A stretch of DNA of 62,939 nucleotides, filler included, from Rhabdomonas costata (lineage: Eukaryota), in assembly GCA_019059605.1 (NCBI GenBank). It is 42 parts of 42 records of this genome, joined end to end, with 100 filler letters (N's around TTAATTAATTAA, not from the genome) between each part and the next. Parts side by side here need not be neighbours in the genome. Positions count along the whole stretch, not along the records: positions 1 to 1,401 come from JAHMHO010016992.1; positions 1,502 to 2,901 come from JAHMHO010016993.1; positions 3,002 to 4,403 come from JAHMHO010016994.1; positions 4,504 to 5,907 come from JAHMHO010016995.1; positions 6,008 to 7,409 come from JAHMHO010016996.1; positions 7,510 to 8,911 come from JAHMHO010016997.1; positions 9,012 to 10,413 come from JAHMHO010016998.1; positions 10,514 to 11,915 come from JAHMHO010016999.1; 34 more parts are not named here. One strand, given 5' to 3'. The notes under the pieces are model-generated. The model had not been told where the DNA came from. It searched no databases and was given only the letters and a program-made list of their open reading frames with translations. The translations under genes and the position numbers were made by a program. Every line of letters starts with the position of its first letter. Positions within the stretch are counted from its first letter, which is position 1. Below are positions 1 to 12,224 of the stretch, piece by piece.

Positions 1-536
1 GTGGTTTTGGGGAGGACACTCCTCAGTGGCTGATGCCCCTTTGTGGTGGTGTGTGCGCAAAACTTCTTTTTATTTCGACGATTGACACCATTTCAAAACA
101 TGACACCATTATGCTGTCAACTGGTCCCTCTTCGGTAACGCTTCTTGCACGAGGGAGAGGCAAACTTGTCCCAGTACCCTTATAGGATGTTAGAGATGAT
201 GGCGAAGGGTTTTCAAGGTTAATGCCCCCTGGTGGAGTTTTCTTTTGTTTCGGGCTCACCTGGCGCTCTGTCCGAGGTCTCTGCTCGCGCTGTACCAAGC
301 ACCACACAGCAGCCAAGCACCCACACCATCAACGCCAACAGCCCCACGTGAACGCAACCAACGTGAACCCAACCAACGTGACCCCAGCCACCCCACACCC
401 TACGACACAGACCAAGCCCACCAACACCACCAACCTCATCCCAACACCACCAGTACCACCATCGCCAATTAGAAGCTCGCTGTGTTTTGCTTCGACCTCT
501 TCTTCTCATGAATGCTGCCCTGGCGCTGTGTCCCAG

Positions 537-1222
537 GTCTTTGCTCGCGCTGTCTCTGATCCTGGCGCTGCTGCTGTTCAAGCCCGCTCCGATGTACATC
601 CTAGACGAGGTCGACGCGGCGCTGGACCTCTCCCACACGCAGAACATTGGGAAGATGCTGAAGGCCCACTTCAAGAACTCTCAGTTCGTGGTGGTGTCCC
701 TGAAGGAAGGTCTCTGCGCGGTGCCCATGCCAATACACTAGGAGTAGGAGGAAGTTCGCAACCATTGGGGATTGATGTGCTAAGGGTAATACCTCGTCGT
801 ACCTATACGCTGTTCAGCTCCATCAAGCTTCTGGTGAGTAACAGCTTTTTGTATATACGTACTGGGGGCAATTGTCGTCAAGATCCTTGCCGCAATTCCT
901 AAAGCCCCCCAATAGCCCACACCTGCCGCGCCTAGTCGCTGTTCGGCGCTTTGCTGCATCTTTGGTGCATCTAAACTCAATTTACTTTGTGGTCCCCACC
1001 CTTACCCCAGGAAGCCACGACCGCTTGTCTCTGATATAGCATTCAAACAAACGAATGCTCTGATATAGTTCCCCTCCACTTGCACTGCTTCCTACTGTCG
1101 CTGTTATGACTTCTGTGGACTTTCCCGCAGGGATGTTCAACAACGCCAATGTCCTCTTCCGCACGAAGTTTGTGAACGGGCAGTCTACCGTGGTCCGCAC
1201 TACAAACCCCAGCGGGAGCTGA
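537..1222 (+). CDS. SMC2: Condensin subunit SMC2, C-terminal ATPase head (last two exons 537-709, 1131-1222)
   Basis: Spliced: [88 protein letters not shown]. Walker B/D-loop LDEVDAALD and SMC2-typical flanks; GT-AG intron 710-1130 keeps frame; TGA 1220-1222. Confidence 0.95.
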
Positions 1223-1401
1223 GAGGCCACCACAATACCGCTTTCCCGTGTTCCTCCGTGCCATATGTTCATATGTACTTTACTTCTCGTCTGCCTCGGC
1301 TGTTCAGCCGAAGGCCAACCCAAAGCCCCTCCCCCCGAACGCAGCACCCTTTGTACAAAGACATTTGCTAGATGCCTCCTGAGGACGTGCTTTGCACACC
1401 C

Positions 1402-1501
1402 NNNNNNNNNNNNNNNNNNNNNNNNNNNNNNNNNNNNNNNNNNNNTTAATTAATTAANNNNNNNNNNNNNNNNNNNNNNNNNNNNNNNNNNNNNNNNNNN
1501 N
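1402..1501. other. Artificial contig spacer N44-TTAATTAATTAA-N44 (first of 41, recurring about every 1.5 kb to 61441-61540)
   Basis: Identical 100-nt linker with stop codons in all six frames separates 42 contigs of 1386-1406 nt. Confidence 0.99.
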
Positions 1502-2139
1502 GGGTGGGGGTGCGCTAGGTATAGTGGTAGGGGGGAGGGGTGCGCTTAGTATAGTTATGCCCTTTCAATTACATCCTTTCACGAAAATCAGCGGAACCCC
1601 ATATTTGCAGTCGCAGGCGTGTTGTGGCAGCCTATCGCTCAATTCAAGCTCAGACGTGTGTTGTGTTTCTCAGGGGGGGTTTCGGCTCTGCCCTTCGTAG
1701 AAACCTAAGCTAACCACGCCGCTATGTGCTCGCCTGACCTTCCAGCGAGTGCGCCAGAGAAGAGTGCTCAAGTAAAATTGCCCAAGAGCGTCGGCACAGC
1801 CCGTGCAGTGCAATAGTCAACTTTAAGCAGCAAAACGGGTGGACTTCTCCGACGGATTGCACACCTCTGGCGCACACTTGCCCCCTTTTAGAATCTTTCC
1901 ATGAGAAGCCAAGAAGGCGGTCAGTGCCAAAAATGGATCCAATCTCTGCCAGGTTTTTGTGCCTTATTTGCGCGACGGTTTGCCACCTCCTTTTTTACTC
2001 AGCACTTGTGCGGGGTGAGGTGGTGACGTCCCCGTTCGCTGCATTTCATGTGTGTGTGATCTTTCACCAGCATGGAACCGTACAAAGGGTATCAAAACAA
2101 AGTGCCGCCGCCCCAAGGTAGTAGAAGGCAGTGACGCAC

Positions 2140-2299
2140 CCGTACACCCAGTGCCTAAGGATTGCCGGCGAGAGCCCCCGGTAGAACCCTCGCAGGCCGT
2201 CCTGGGCCCAGATGGTCCGGGCCGTGGCCAAGATCCCCGCGTGGCTCTTCGTCAGCTGCATCCGAGTCTTCGTGCAGTCGATAGGGTAGGTGCAAGACT
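2140..2299 (-). CDS. Mitochondrial carrier (SLC25, UCP-like), first-repeat exon
   Basis: ESCTYPIDCTKTRMQL...GILATARTIWAQDGLRGFYRGLSPAILRHWVYG has the Px[D/E]xx[K/R]x[R/K] and [D/E]GxxxxYRG carrier signatures; bounded by CAG acceptor and GT donor. Confidence 0.9.
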
Positions 2300-3001
2300 C
2301 TGCCAACAGCAACAAAGGGGCCTCGCCACACCAGGCTTCAATCCCAACAGATGCCATCGCAGATGTCCAAGATGCAGGCAAAGGAAAGGCACATCTCCGC
2401 TTCATTCGCACAAAGGAAAGGTGCACGTAATTAAACGTACAGCGCCCTTTCTGAACTCGAACTTTAAGCGGCACCTCGAGCGAAGCACCTGAAACACAGC
2501 TTTTCACAAGGTCAAGAAAGCCTCAAGTTTCAGTACACTGCATCTCCGGAAAGCTAACGAAACAAGACGCTTCTGTCGGACAAAACCTGAAAAATGCCGC
2601 ACTGCCCACACTGCTGTTCCAAGCGCCTTTTGTCGCCTTCTTCCTCCTGGCTTTGAATGCTATCTCTGCAGTGCTGATGGGAAACCACACCCATCAAAAG
2701 GCGATTTCTACGGAGCGTAATCATTTTCCTTCGGTGTATTGTTGGTTTTGAAGACAGCTACTGCTGTGTGTAATTTTCTCACACTACGCCAGGTCAAGGA
2801 CTTATATCAATAAGCACAAGCATGTTCCATCAAGCAGGGGACAGGTGCAATGTAGCGGTGCAGGGGCCACCCATAGAATTACAACAATAGCAAAACAACC
2901 CNNNNNNNNNNNNNNNNNNNNNNNNNNNNNNNNNNNNNNNNNNNNTTAATTAATTAANNNNNNNNNNNNNNNNNNNNNNNNNNNNNNNNNNNNNNNNNNN
3001 N

Positions 3002-3765
3002 TGTTGTGGGGGAATCAAGTACGCCCTGGAGAGCGATGGGTGGGGGATGAACGATCACTGGATGCGCCTCGTTCGGAATGTGTACAGGCTGCATGCTCAG
3101 GAGGTGTGTGCGGGCTAATTTCGCGTTATCGCCCTCCGCGACCTCTCCGTACGAATTCTGTTTGTTTGAGTTTGCGATTACCTCTGGATGGTTCGCACCC
3201 CCACCTTGTGTCAGTGTCGCCATAAGACATGTGTCAAGCTTTTTTTGGAGGTGAGGGTGGGTTGATGCCCGGCGCAGCTTGATGAGATTCCTGACAAGCA
3301 GGCAAAGCTCCGACGGCTAGTGGAACTCAACGTCGCCGAGCAAGGTTACCAGCTCTGGTGGGGGGCATGTTTTGTTGACTTCGATTTTCGAACTCTTCTC
3401 CGTACACTGATGCTGCGCCGCCCGACAGCGGGGATTGTAAAGCAGCTAATTGCAGGAAATGCGACGGACTTCGTCCACGTTTTCCTATGCAATGTTCTCG
3501 TTGTAGTGGTTAACCTATACAAGAACCCCCACGTGCAGCATTCTGTGAAGCTCACGGGATTCCCGAAAGTCCATGGGCTCGTCCTTGACATCGCCACTGG
3601 ATTGCTCGTCACCATTCCCATCGAATTAGGTACGCGAGCTTGTCCAATTGAAAGTTCTTGTGTCCATCCCCCCCCACGACGCTCCCCCGTTCTGTTTGTC
3701 TTTGCACAGTGACTGATCCTTTGCATCGTTACGACCACGTGTACCTGTTTTCCAAACCTCCCACG
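3002..3765 (+). CDS. Beta-class carbonic anhydrase, C-terminal half (exons 3002-3103, 3278-3344, 3507-3629, 3710-3765)
   Basis: Spliced: CGGIKYALESDGWGMNDHWMRLVRNVYRLHAQE/LDEIPDKQAKLRRLVELNVAEQ/VVNLYKNPHVQHSVKLTGFPKVHGLVLDIATGLLVTIPIEL/VTDPLHRYDHVYLFSKPPT. Beta-CA CGG, ELNVxEQ and VHGxxxDIxxG motifs; three frame-preserving GT-AG introns. Confidence 0.9.
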
Positions 3766-4140
3766 GTGAGTAACCCCCACCACAAGCTAGGGGTCTCGGA
3801 GCACGGCAGCCCATTGAAGCGACGACCCGCGACGGTACGGCGATGCTTTTCGTTGTGTGTTTTGTTTTCCTTTTTGTTTTTGCTCCGTATTTTGAACCCT
3901 TCCTCTCCTTCTTTTTTTGTATTTTTCATTTATTTCGATTCATCAGCAAGGATTCGCTGAGGGGCAGAGCCTTGATGGTGCCGAAAAAGTAAGATGAACG
4001 GAACTACTGCCTTGGGAAAACTGTATGTCCCCGCCTTCCGTGGGTGGATCACGTCGTCATTTTCAGGCAGCGTTTCGGTTCGTTTATGGAGGCTGCGTGG
4101 TTATTCCTTTGGGGAAAAGATACGTGGGGGGTGGAGTGCC

Positions 4141-4333
4141 CGTATAACGGGGTGTTATACCCATTATACTGTAATATCATATACTGTAACGGTATTATAC
4201 GCACCAATGTCATTACAGTATAATGATATTGTAGCACAATGACATTGCTGAACGGCCGCGTTGGCACCCCGTTTGTGTGGCATGCCCTATATTGGTGTTG
4301 TTGTTGCCAATGACATTATAGTATAATGGCATT
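4141..4333. repeat. AT-rich degenerate CATTATA/TATAATG repeat, related to 41439-41918
   Basis: Recurrent self-complementary words; ATTATAGTATAATG occurs at 4315-4328 and 41881-41894 in the same low-complexity context. Confidence 0.55.
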
Positions 4334-4503
4334 GTCCTCGTCATCTCAAAACGACACAATTTACCAAAGTATGCACTCAATCAGGCGTTTTAGGACTTAG
4401 AAGNNNNNNNNNNNNNNNNNNNNNNNNNNNNNNNNNNNNNNNNNNNNTTAATTAATTAANNNNNNNNNNNNNNNNNNNNNNNNNNNNNNNNNNNNNNNNN
4501 NNN

Positions 4504-5310
4504 GCATCAACCCATGCAGCTAGCGTTAGGAATCGGGTATCCATGCATCGAGGTATCAGCATCCCTTCATCTTAGCGTGGGATTAGCGTTGGATTAGCGT
4601 TGGGTTAGCATCGCATCACCTTTGCAGCATCATGGTAGGCATTTACCCTTACACCATCCATCACTCTAGCGTCAGAGTAAGCATCACCCTTACACCATGA
4701 CATCCATCGTAGCATCAGCGTTAGGAACCACCATCATCCCTTACATCCATCCTCTCTCTGTGCGTAGGGTAAGGGCATCATCCTTACAGCATACTCCCTC
4801 TCAGCATCGTAGCGGTGGGTTCATGCTTCTACGGTAAGGGTTAGCATCATCCTTGCTCTCAGCTTGGCATCGGTAGCATCATCCCTTACGCATCCATCCA
4901 TCAGCATCTTAGCGTAGGGTTCATGCTACGGGTACATCCTTGCTGACATCCCTTCTGTAGCGGTAGGGTAGCATGCTTACTCCACTCATCACCCTAAGAG
5001 TGGGCATTGCTGCATCCTTCCAACATCCCTCTGTCACTATCCATGCATCATGTCGGTCTCGGCGACCTCCACTTCGCACTTCTAGCTACCTGGGAGTTGG
5101 TAGCAGCATCAACACCAGCAGTAGGTATGCATCATCGCTACTTCCTCTACGTTGGTACCTTCAGCGTAGGGTGTAGCTAGCATCACCTCTGCACCAACAT
5201 CATCAGTGTAGGGTAGGTGCTTCGTGTCATCCTATCCACTACTCCTGACATCACCATCTGGTTGGCTGTCATGCTATGCGTACCACTACCACTCTATGGT
5301 GTAGGGCTAC
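4504..5310. repeat. Degenerate minisatellite, approximate unit AGCGTAGGGTTAGCATCATCCCTTAC
   Basis: Many imperfect copies of AGCGTAGGGT, GCATCATCC(C)TTAC and CATCCATC; no credible coding frame. Confidence 0.7.
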
Positions 5311-6143
5311 CACATGCATACACCACCTATTGGCTGATGTTGGCTGGGTTGAGCCTTGGCCTGACCTTCTAGCTTCCTCCGGAGGGGTTTACCGGTCATA
5401 TCCGTCACGTGGACTAGGCGACTCCTGACATCACCGGTTTCCCAACGTGGCATATACCCATCGTGGTACTCCGCTTGTGTGTGTCAACCAGTGGTAGTTT
5501 ATAGCCATCGAACCACTGGCGCTATCGTGCGTTACTGTTACCATGGGCTCGTCCCACTTAAACGCATAACTCACACGAAACAGATCAACTGACACCATGG
5601 GCCCGTCCCACTTAGTCGCATCTCACTGCTTATCGCTGTTCGTAATGTATGTTGAGACAGTGCGTTCATCAAGCGTTGCCGTCGAAGTGGATCCGGTGGC
5701 CTGGTCTTCCTGGCCTTCCTGTCGATCCTCATGTGGGGGCGTCTGGATTCCAGCCTGCCTATTCCATTCATGTCGAGGTCGTTGTTCATCATCAGCTGTC
5801 ATTGCTCACGGCGTACGTAATTCCATCTGCTTCGGGTAGGAGTCGGTGAATGCTTGGAGATCCCGAGGGACTTCCTGGAAACCGGATGCGAAGGCCAAGA
5901 CCAAACANNNNNNNNNNNNNNNNNNNNNNNNNNNNNNNNNNNNNNNNNNNNTTAATTAATTAANNNNNNNNNNNNNNNNNNNNNNNNNNNNNNNNNNNNN
6001 NNNNNNNGGTTGTGGTGGACGAGTAGCCACTGATAGCGTCCTCCCGTCCTGCGCTTTCTGTGCCTACTCGTCCGCCACTTCCCTGCTTCTTCTACGCATA
6101 CGCACAAAGCGTTCTCCCCGCCCGTTTTCTTCAATCTTCCCAG

Positions 6144-7296
6144 ATGCCAGCAAACTGAGCAGTGTGGGAATCACCCCTGTCCGAAAGCGAGTCAACCTGC
6201 GCCGAACCGTCATCGATGTCTTGCGAGTTCTGGAAGTGCAAGCCATGCAGAAGAAGACGGAGCTACTCCTGGACATCAGCTCGCAGCTTCCCACAGCCCT
6301 GCTGTGTGACCGGCTTCTGCTGCAGCGAGTGTTGAGCAATCTTGTGTGCAACGCCCTGAAGTTCACGGTAGCGGGGCGAGTGACGCTGCAGATGGGCTGG
6401 GACGCGGCCAAGAATCGCCTGCACGTTGCGGTGATTGACATGGGGGAAGGAATGACGGAGGAGGAGCAGGCGCAGGTCTTCCAGCCGTTCTACCAGGGCA
6501 CCCACGGCAAGGGCGGGACGGGGCTTGGGCTTTCGATCTGCCAGCAGCTGGTGCGGGAGATGGGGGGCTCGATCTCGGCCAGCAGTGAGGGCAAGGGCCG
6601 GGGCTCGACGTTTAAGTTCGACATCGAGGCCCCAGTGGTGAAGAATCTGACGAGCTGGGTGAACTGCACAGCGGTGGTGATTGACGAGGACGAGGGCCGG
6701 GAGCAAGCCCTTGTGAACATTCTGCGGTACGTGGGGGTGTACGTGCTGGCCAGCATGCCGAACTGGGGCGCCTCGGAGCAGGAGGCGACCATAGTGTTTG
6801 TGTGCGCCCTTCACAAGTCCTGCGAGGGGAGTTGCCGGGAGTGGAAGCAGCGCGGGGCCACGGTGATTCTTGTTGTGCCCAACACGGTGCCGGCGAAGGT
6901 TGTTGAATATGCGGACGCCACACTTCGGAGCCCCGTGGACATTGCGGAGGTGAAGCAGCTTGTGCAGCGGGTAACCAACAGCGCCATCTCGGACTCCGGA
7001 AGTAGCTCGGCGGTTGCGGCGTTTCACAGCCCACTGGGGAGCTCCGCTACCGCTAATGTTACGCATGCACTTCCCTCAACAGTGCTTCTCGTTGAAGACA
7101 ACCAAGTTAATCACGCGCTTTTTCTGAGGTACGCGTCAACGTTTGGTGGTCTCTCGCTGAGACATTTGGAAGTTAGCGAGCCCTTTGTGATGTCATTTCG
7201 TCTTTGATTCCTCAGGCAATTGTCATGTGTTGGCCTGAGTGCAGTTGATAGTGCGTACAATGGTGCGGATGCCCTCGAGCTCTGCCAGAAAAACTC
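6144..7296 (+). CDS. Hybrid sensor histidine kinase fragment: HATPase_c, degenerate receiver, start of receiver domain (exons 6144-7128, 7216-7296)
   Basis: N box LQRVLSNLVCNALKFT, G1 VIDMGEGM, F box VFQPFYQ, G2 GGTGLGLSIC, GxGSTFxF. REC start VLLVEDNQVNHALFLR/QLSCVGLSAVDSAYNGADALELC across GT-AG intron 7129-7215. Confidence 0.93.
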
Positions 7297-7321
7297 GTAT
7301 GTATCCATTTATTGTTTGGTA

Positions 7322-7407
7322 TTTTTGTGCTTTCCTCTTCTTTTTTGTTTCAACTAGAATTGGCTCTGTTTCTTGTTGAAACAAAAAACAAGAGGAAAGC
7401 CCAAAAA
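7322..7407. repeat. Contig-terminal inverted repeat (38-nt arms, 3 mismatches); probable fold-back artefact
   Basis: 7322-7359 is the reverse complement of 7370-7407; ends at the contig edge. Confidence 0.8.
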
Positions 7408-9011
7408 CCNNNNNNNNNNNNNNNNNNNNNNNNNNNNNNNNNNNNNNNNNNNNTTAATTAATTAANNNNNNNNNNNNNNNNNNNNNNNNNNNNNNNNNNN
7501 NNNNNNNNNTGTGGTGGGTGTGTGGTGTTGGTGATGTTGGTTGAGGCGATGCAGGGTTGGTGGGTTCGTGGTTCTGTGCTGGTTCTGTGCTGGTGGTGTT
7601 CTTGTCATGCTCTCTGCTTCTAGTGCTGTGTCAGTGTAGTGCATGTGTCTCAGCCACCAGGATGGAGTCGATGCCATTTACCACGAACGGCCACCCACCG
7701 GTCCCCCAGCACCACCATCCACTCACTGCAAAGGCGGACAGCACAAGCACTCACACCGTGGTCAGAGGTCAACATCACTCGTAACTCCACTACCAGAGCC
7801 TACACAAGCAGCAGCTCAACAATGGGAGTGAGCACACACCATGAACCACCCTCGGTCACAATGTACACCGATACCCCACCACCTACTACCCACTCTACCA
7901 TAGATGACACACACAATACCAACACCAGAATGCTAACTTGAGAGTGCAAAGCCGGATAGGAAGGAGAAGGAAGTCCACACAAAGGCCCAACAGCAGACAC
8001 AGGAGACGAGACACCCACCGCAGCACCGGAGTGGAGACGCAAGACCAGGGAGGCAGTAGGTAACAACAACAAGGAACCCAAGGAACCGATGGACACAAAC
8101 GTCAACTAGACACCCGAGAACTCATAACACGACGCGACATACCCACAACCCCTAAGCCTGCATAGGACCGAACACGAGACAAGCACAAGTCAGAAGGAAC
8201 GCTTGAAGAACCGCAGCACCATCACAGATCGACACACCAAATAAGAACCCAGGCATACCCCACAACGCAACGAACAGTCCAAACACAGCCCCCAACGAAA
8301 GCACCGCACGAAGTGAGCCGCAACAAACTACGTATCATGCAGAATGAGGTCCAAGGAAGCGGAAGACAACACCAAACCCATAAAGCCAAGCATACCAAGA
8401 ATGCCAAGAACGACCACACACACACAGCAGCACCACCCATTGGAGCACGAGAACAACCCAGGAGACCCAGGAGAGACGCCAACTACGAGAACACCTTGAC
8501 AGAAGTAGGAATCGACACCACCGAAGTCGCTGCACTAAACTAAGCACGAGAATCCACATCCAACCCCACGATAACCATGTGATGAGCCCATACGCAGAAG
8601 CCCACGACACCAATAGCAGACATACAGTACACCATACCCTCACGGTCAAACACATCGCGCAAAGAACCCGACACCGAACCAAAAATGGGTAAGATCACGA
8701 TCTACACTGCACGGTGCCCAAAGAACCAGAAGAGATGCTGCTACAACACGGGATCACCACCAAGCATACCATCCTACACACGCGCCCCATAATTCCGATC
8801 CACAAGCACACCTGTAATCGCGACACCCAGCACCCGAAGAGAACCCTGCAAAAGAAACGCAGTGACCATCAGGGACCAAACGTACAAAGGAATGCTACTC
8901 AACCCACAAAANNNNNNNNNNNNNNNNNNNNNNNNNNNNNNNNNNNNNNNNNNNNTTAATTAATTAANNNNNNNNNNNNNNNNNNNNNNNNNNNNNNNNN
9001 NNNNNNNNNNN

Positions 9012-9290
9012 CCGCAGGATGATGATGGGACATACTGTGTGAGGGAGTAGTGGGGGGATGCCTTAACGAGCTCCGGCAGGGCCTCCAGAGAACCCCCAGA
9101 GACGCGGAAGTGGGTGATGAAATTGTACAGAGCCCTGACATTAGGCTCCACAGTCTGGAGGATGATCTTCGGGTTCATTGCGGGCCGGAACACCATCAGC
9201 GCATCGCCGTAGATCGACGTCGAGGAAAGCGTCAGCGCCACCGGGCCGGTCTGGCCCCCAGAGCTGAGCGAACAGGGGGGGGGCTACAGT
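9012..9290 (-). CDS. Probable exon, unrecognised protein
   Basis: Open, GC3-rich frame (ALTLSSTSIYGDALMVFRPAMNPKIILQTVEPNVRALYNFITHFRV...) following a TAG acceptor; no family recognised. Confidence 0.4.
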
Positions 9291-11291
9291 GCAAGGAGCT
9301 CATCAAACCCCAGACCCACCACCCACCAACCCACCCCTGGTTTGGTCGTTTTGCAAGGCTAAACGAATTGCCCACCACACAGTGGCAGGTACTGTACTTA
9401 AATTTGCAATTTAATCTTTTGCTTTGTATTTGCTCCCGTGACGTGACTGGGTCCCAGGGGCACGGCGGCTCTCTGCGGTCACTGTGGTTCTCTGCGGTCA
9501 CTGCGGTTATCTGGTGAGCAGTGGCTGCGTGCTGCTACAGCTTTTCTTTGCCAACCATTGAGCCGAAAAACAATGTCTGGACCAATTGCTTGAAGCGCCG
9601 TGGAGCAGGCTTACGTGGTGGACACCTTACTCGTGTCGGGCTCCGAAGCCTCGGCTTCACAAGTCCTGCAAGCGGAGTGGGGCAGGCGGAAGCTGTGGGG
9701 CAGCCCCACTCCGAAGACGGCACTCCCCTGTGGCCAGCTCTGTGCTGGCTGGGGTCCGGCGGGCTTGAGATGACAATTACCACCGTCAACCAAGTGAGGC
9801 TTCAGCAACTTCGCCTCTTCCCTTACAAACTTCAGCTAACCCAAAACTGAAAAGGGGGGAAAAGGCCAATAGGCTGCAATGCTGTCGATGCCGCAGTACT
9901 TCACCATGTCGTGTGGCTTGACTAGGTGGATGAGCGTTGGTTTTTTTTCCCGTTCCGGGGAATGGCCGTCACGGTGACTGGATCATGGTGCAGGGATGTT
10001 GCAGAACTTCTCGTCCCAGAGCTTCAGCGGTTGCATCTCCATTTCCGCAGGTCTGGTTTGCGCAAGGTGGGGCAGCATTTTACTCACACATCGTCTTCAG
10101 AGGTTGTTCCTCAGGAAAGTGACCGGTTTGTCCAGCCTCCGCCTGTCCTCTCCAAGTCAGAATCATGTGCACAAACTGCAGGGATAAGGACCACTTTTCA
10201 CCTTGGAAAGGTTCCGGGCTACACCAAAACTATTCAGGAAGCAACGACAAAAGAAACTGTTACTACTTAACTCTGTGGAAATCTTCTGATGGAATCCTAG
10301 GGTGCGGATACAGACACCGGCCTGTAGAGATTCTTTAGTCATCGAATTTTTGCGGCTAAGCAGTGTGTTCAGTCGAGCGTTGCAGCACCCCTTGTCCCCC
10401 CCCCCCCAAAAAANNNNNNNNNNNNNNNNNNNNNNNNNNNNNNNNNNNNNNNNNNNNTTAATTAATTAANNNNNNNNNNNNNNNNNNNNNNNNNNNNNNN
10501 NNNNNNNNNNNNNGGGGTGGGGGAAGAACAACCTCAACTAGCAAACAAAAGCAATGAAAAGCGGTTCGGTTTTTCTGTGTGTTGTCCATCAGGGGGTCAG
10601 ACGACGATGAGCACCCCCTCCCCTAGAAGCCATTGCACGGTTAGGAGACGATGCAAAATGTAGGATTGTGACCAATTTAATGCACGCCCAACCTCAGCTT
10701 CTCCCCTGAAAGACGACTGAAACCCAAATTCAGACCAAAAATGCTAAAGCATGTATAAAATCTGAAAAAAAAAAGTGACTCAAATCAAAATACGGGCGCA
10801 GTTCAGGTGGTTTGGGACACCAACTACCTCGGTTGACAATATTTTTGGTGTTATACTTCTCAGAACAAAGACAGGTCACCGCCATTTTGCAGCACAGTGC
10901 ACAGATATTTCTTCTCCCCCCCCCCCATAAAAACACCTATTACCTTCTACCTTCTATTCTCAAGTGTCTCATTTTTTGGACCAGACTACACAAAAAAATA
11001 AGAGCGTGATCGTTCGCCAAATAAAAGTTTCCTCCGCGATATTTCGCTACTGAGGGTGGCTGCGACAATGAACGGAAAACATTACAAACCTTCAACGCCG
11101 TCCACACCTTCGGGTTGTAAAGGAGCGAACAATCACCACAGAACAAGAAAAAACACAACCTCAACAGGTCGTGACAACAGAATTGTTCGGGTTCAGTTGT
11201 GCTGGCAACATTTGCAACATAAGCTATAAAAAAAGGAAACCTAAACACCTCAACGGTTGTCCCCACCACCTCCGCACTTGCCCGCGCTCAG

Positions 11292-11573
11292 GCTATCGCT
11301 GTCCCTTGGAGAAGGAGTGCTGCGTGGGCTTGGCGGGAAGGATGGCGAGCTTCTCCGAGCTTGGGGCCGGGCCACCCAGAAGGAGGAGGTTGCGGAGGCC
11401 CTGCAGGCCGTCGCCGAGCTCTACGCGGAGGTCCTCACGGACCCCCTGGACCCGACCCTGCCGGAGATGCTCACCGCGGCGCTCGCCCTGCAGGGCTTGC
11501 AGCGGAAGGCCCGGGAGGCCACAGGGCCGGTCGGGATGCCGGTGACATTGGAATGCACCCCCGACTTGGGCAG
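11292..11573 (+). CDS. Internal exon, unrecognised helical protein
   Basis: CAG|...|GT bounded, strongly GC3-biased frame LSLSLGEGVLRGLGGKDGELLRAWG...TLECTPDLG. Confidence 0.6.
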
Positions 11574-12224
11574 GTCCGCTTGGTGATGGAAGAGCGGATT
11601 GGGAACCCCTGCTCGACCGCCCAACTGTGAGCTTTGCATGCCCAACTGGCTGTAGGCGGTCCACATTCCTGTTGTTCCTGTTGCGATTATATTTCAAACC
11701 GGAATTGAAAAAACAAATAAAGGGGGCAGGGCCTGCAGGTCGGCTTTTTGAGGTGAGTGGTGGTGGTGGTGAAGATGGCGGGTTGAGGGTTGAGCTCCAA
11801 CCCAACCCGAAATCGACTCTGTGTGTCCGTGGGGTGCGGGTTGCGAAGCCTGCTGAAGAGAACAATTTTATATGCGGCGGGGGCAAAAGGTGTCAATAAA
11901 GTGCCGGTAATCTGTNNNNNNNNNNNNNNNNNNNNNNNNNNNNNNNNNNNNNNNNNNNNTTAATTAATTAANNNNNNNNNNNNNNNNNNNNNNNNNNNNN
12001 NNNNNNNNNNNNNNNTGATTTATGGTTTTGGGGCCTACAATCAAGAGCCATAGTTGCTCAGCTAAAGGTATCCTGAGAGCTGAGCCCGTGTGTGTGTGTG
12101 TGTGTGCCATACGTTCAAGGAAGTCAAGGAGAAGAGCAGCCGTGGAGAGACATGCCCCTACTGTGAGGCCTCTGACATCACATAAAGCTCAAACCAGCTC
12201 AACTGAGGTTGATTTCTGCCTTAG

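Noticed and set aside
259-465. Second copy of the SMC2 acceptor/exon start (259-293 vs 519-553, 32/35 identical) as a possible alternative exon
   Set aside because: The copy decays into A/C-rich noise that still loosely tracks the true exon, typical of a low-quality read tail assembled into the contig.
2300-2600. Possible tiny or non-canonical intron upstream of the mitochondrial carrier exon
   Set aside because: At least three upstream donor candidates give plausible peptides; cannot be resolved without transcripts.
2783-2796. 14-mer ACTACGCCAGGTCA shared with 17771-17784
   Set aside because: A few pairwise 14-mer matches are expected by chance in about 60 kb, and the flanks do not clearly align.
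7322-7407. Long hairpins here, at 38795-38929 and at 43207-43358 as terminators, MITEs or ncRNAs
   Set aside because: All lie at or next to contig ends with near-perfect arms running into primer-like or decaying sequence; best explained as amplification fold-back chimeras.
7510-8911. A/C-rich contig with LRIMQNEVQG resembling a LINE endonuclease start
   Set aside because: No further APE motifs in any frame; composition suggests noisy or collapsed sequence.
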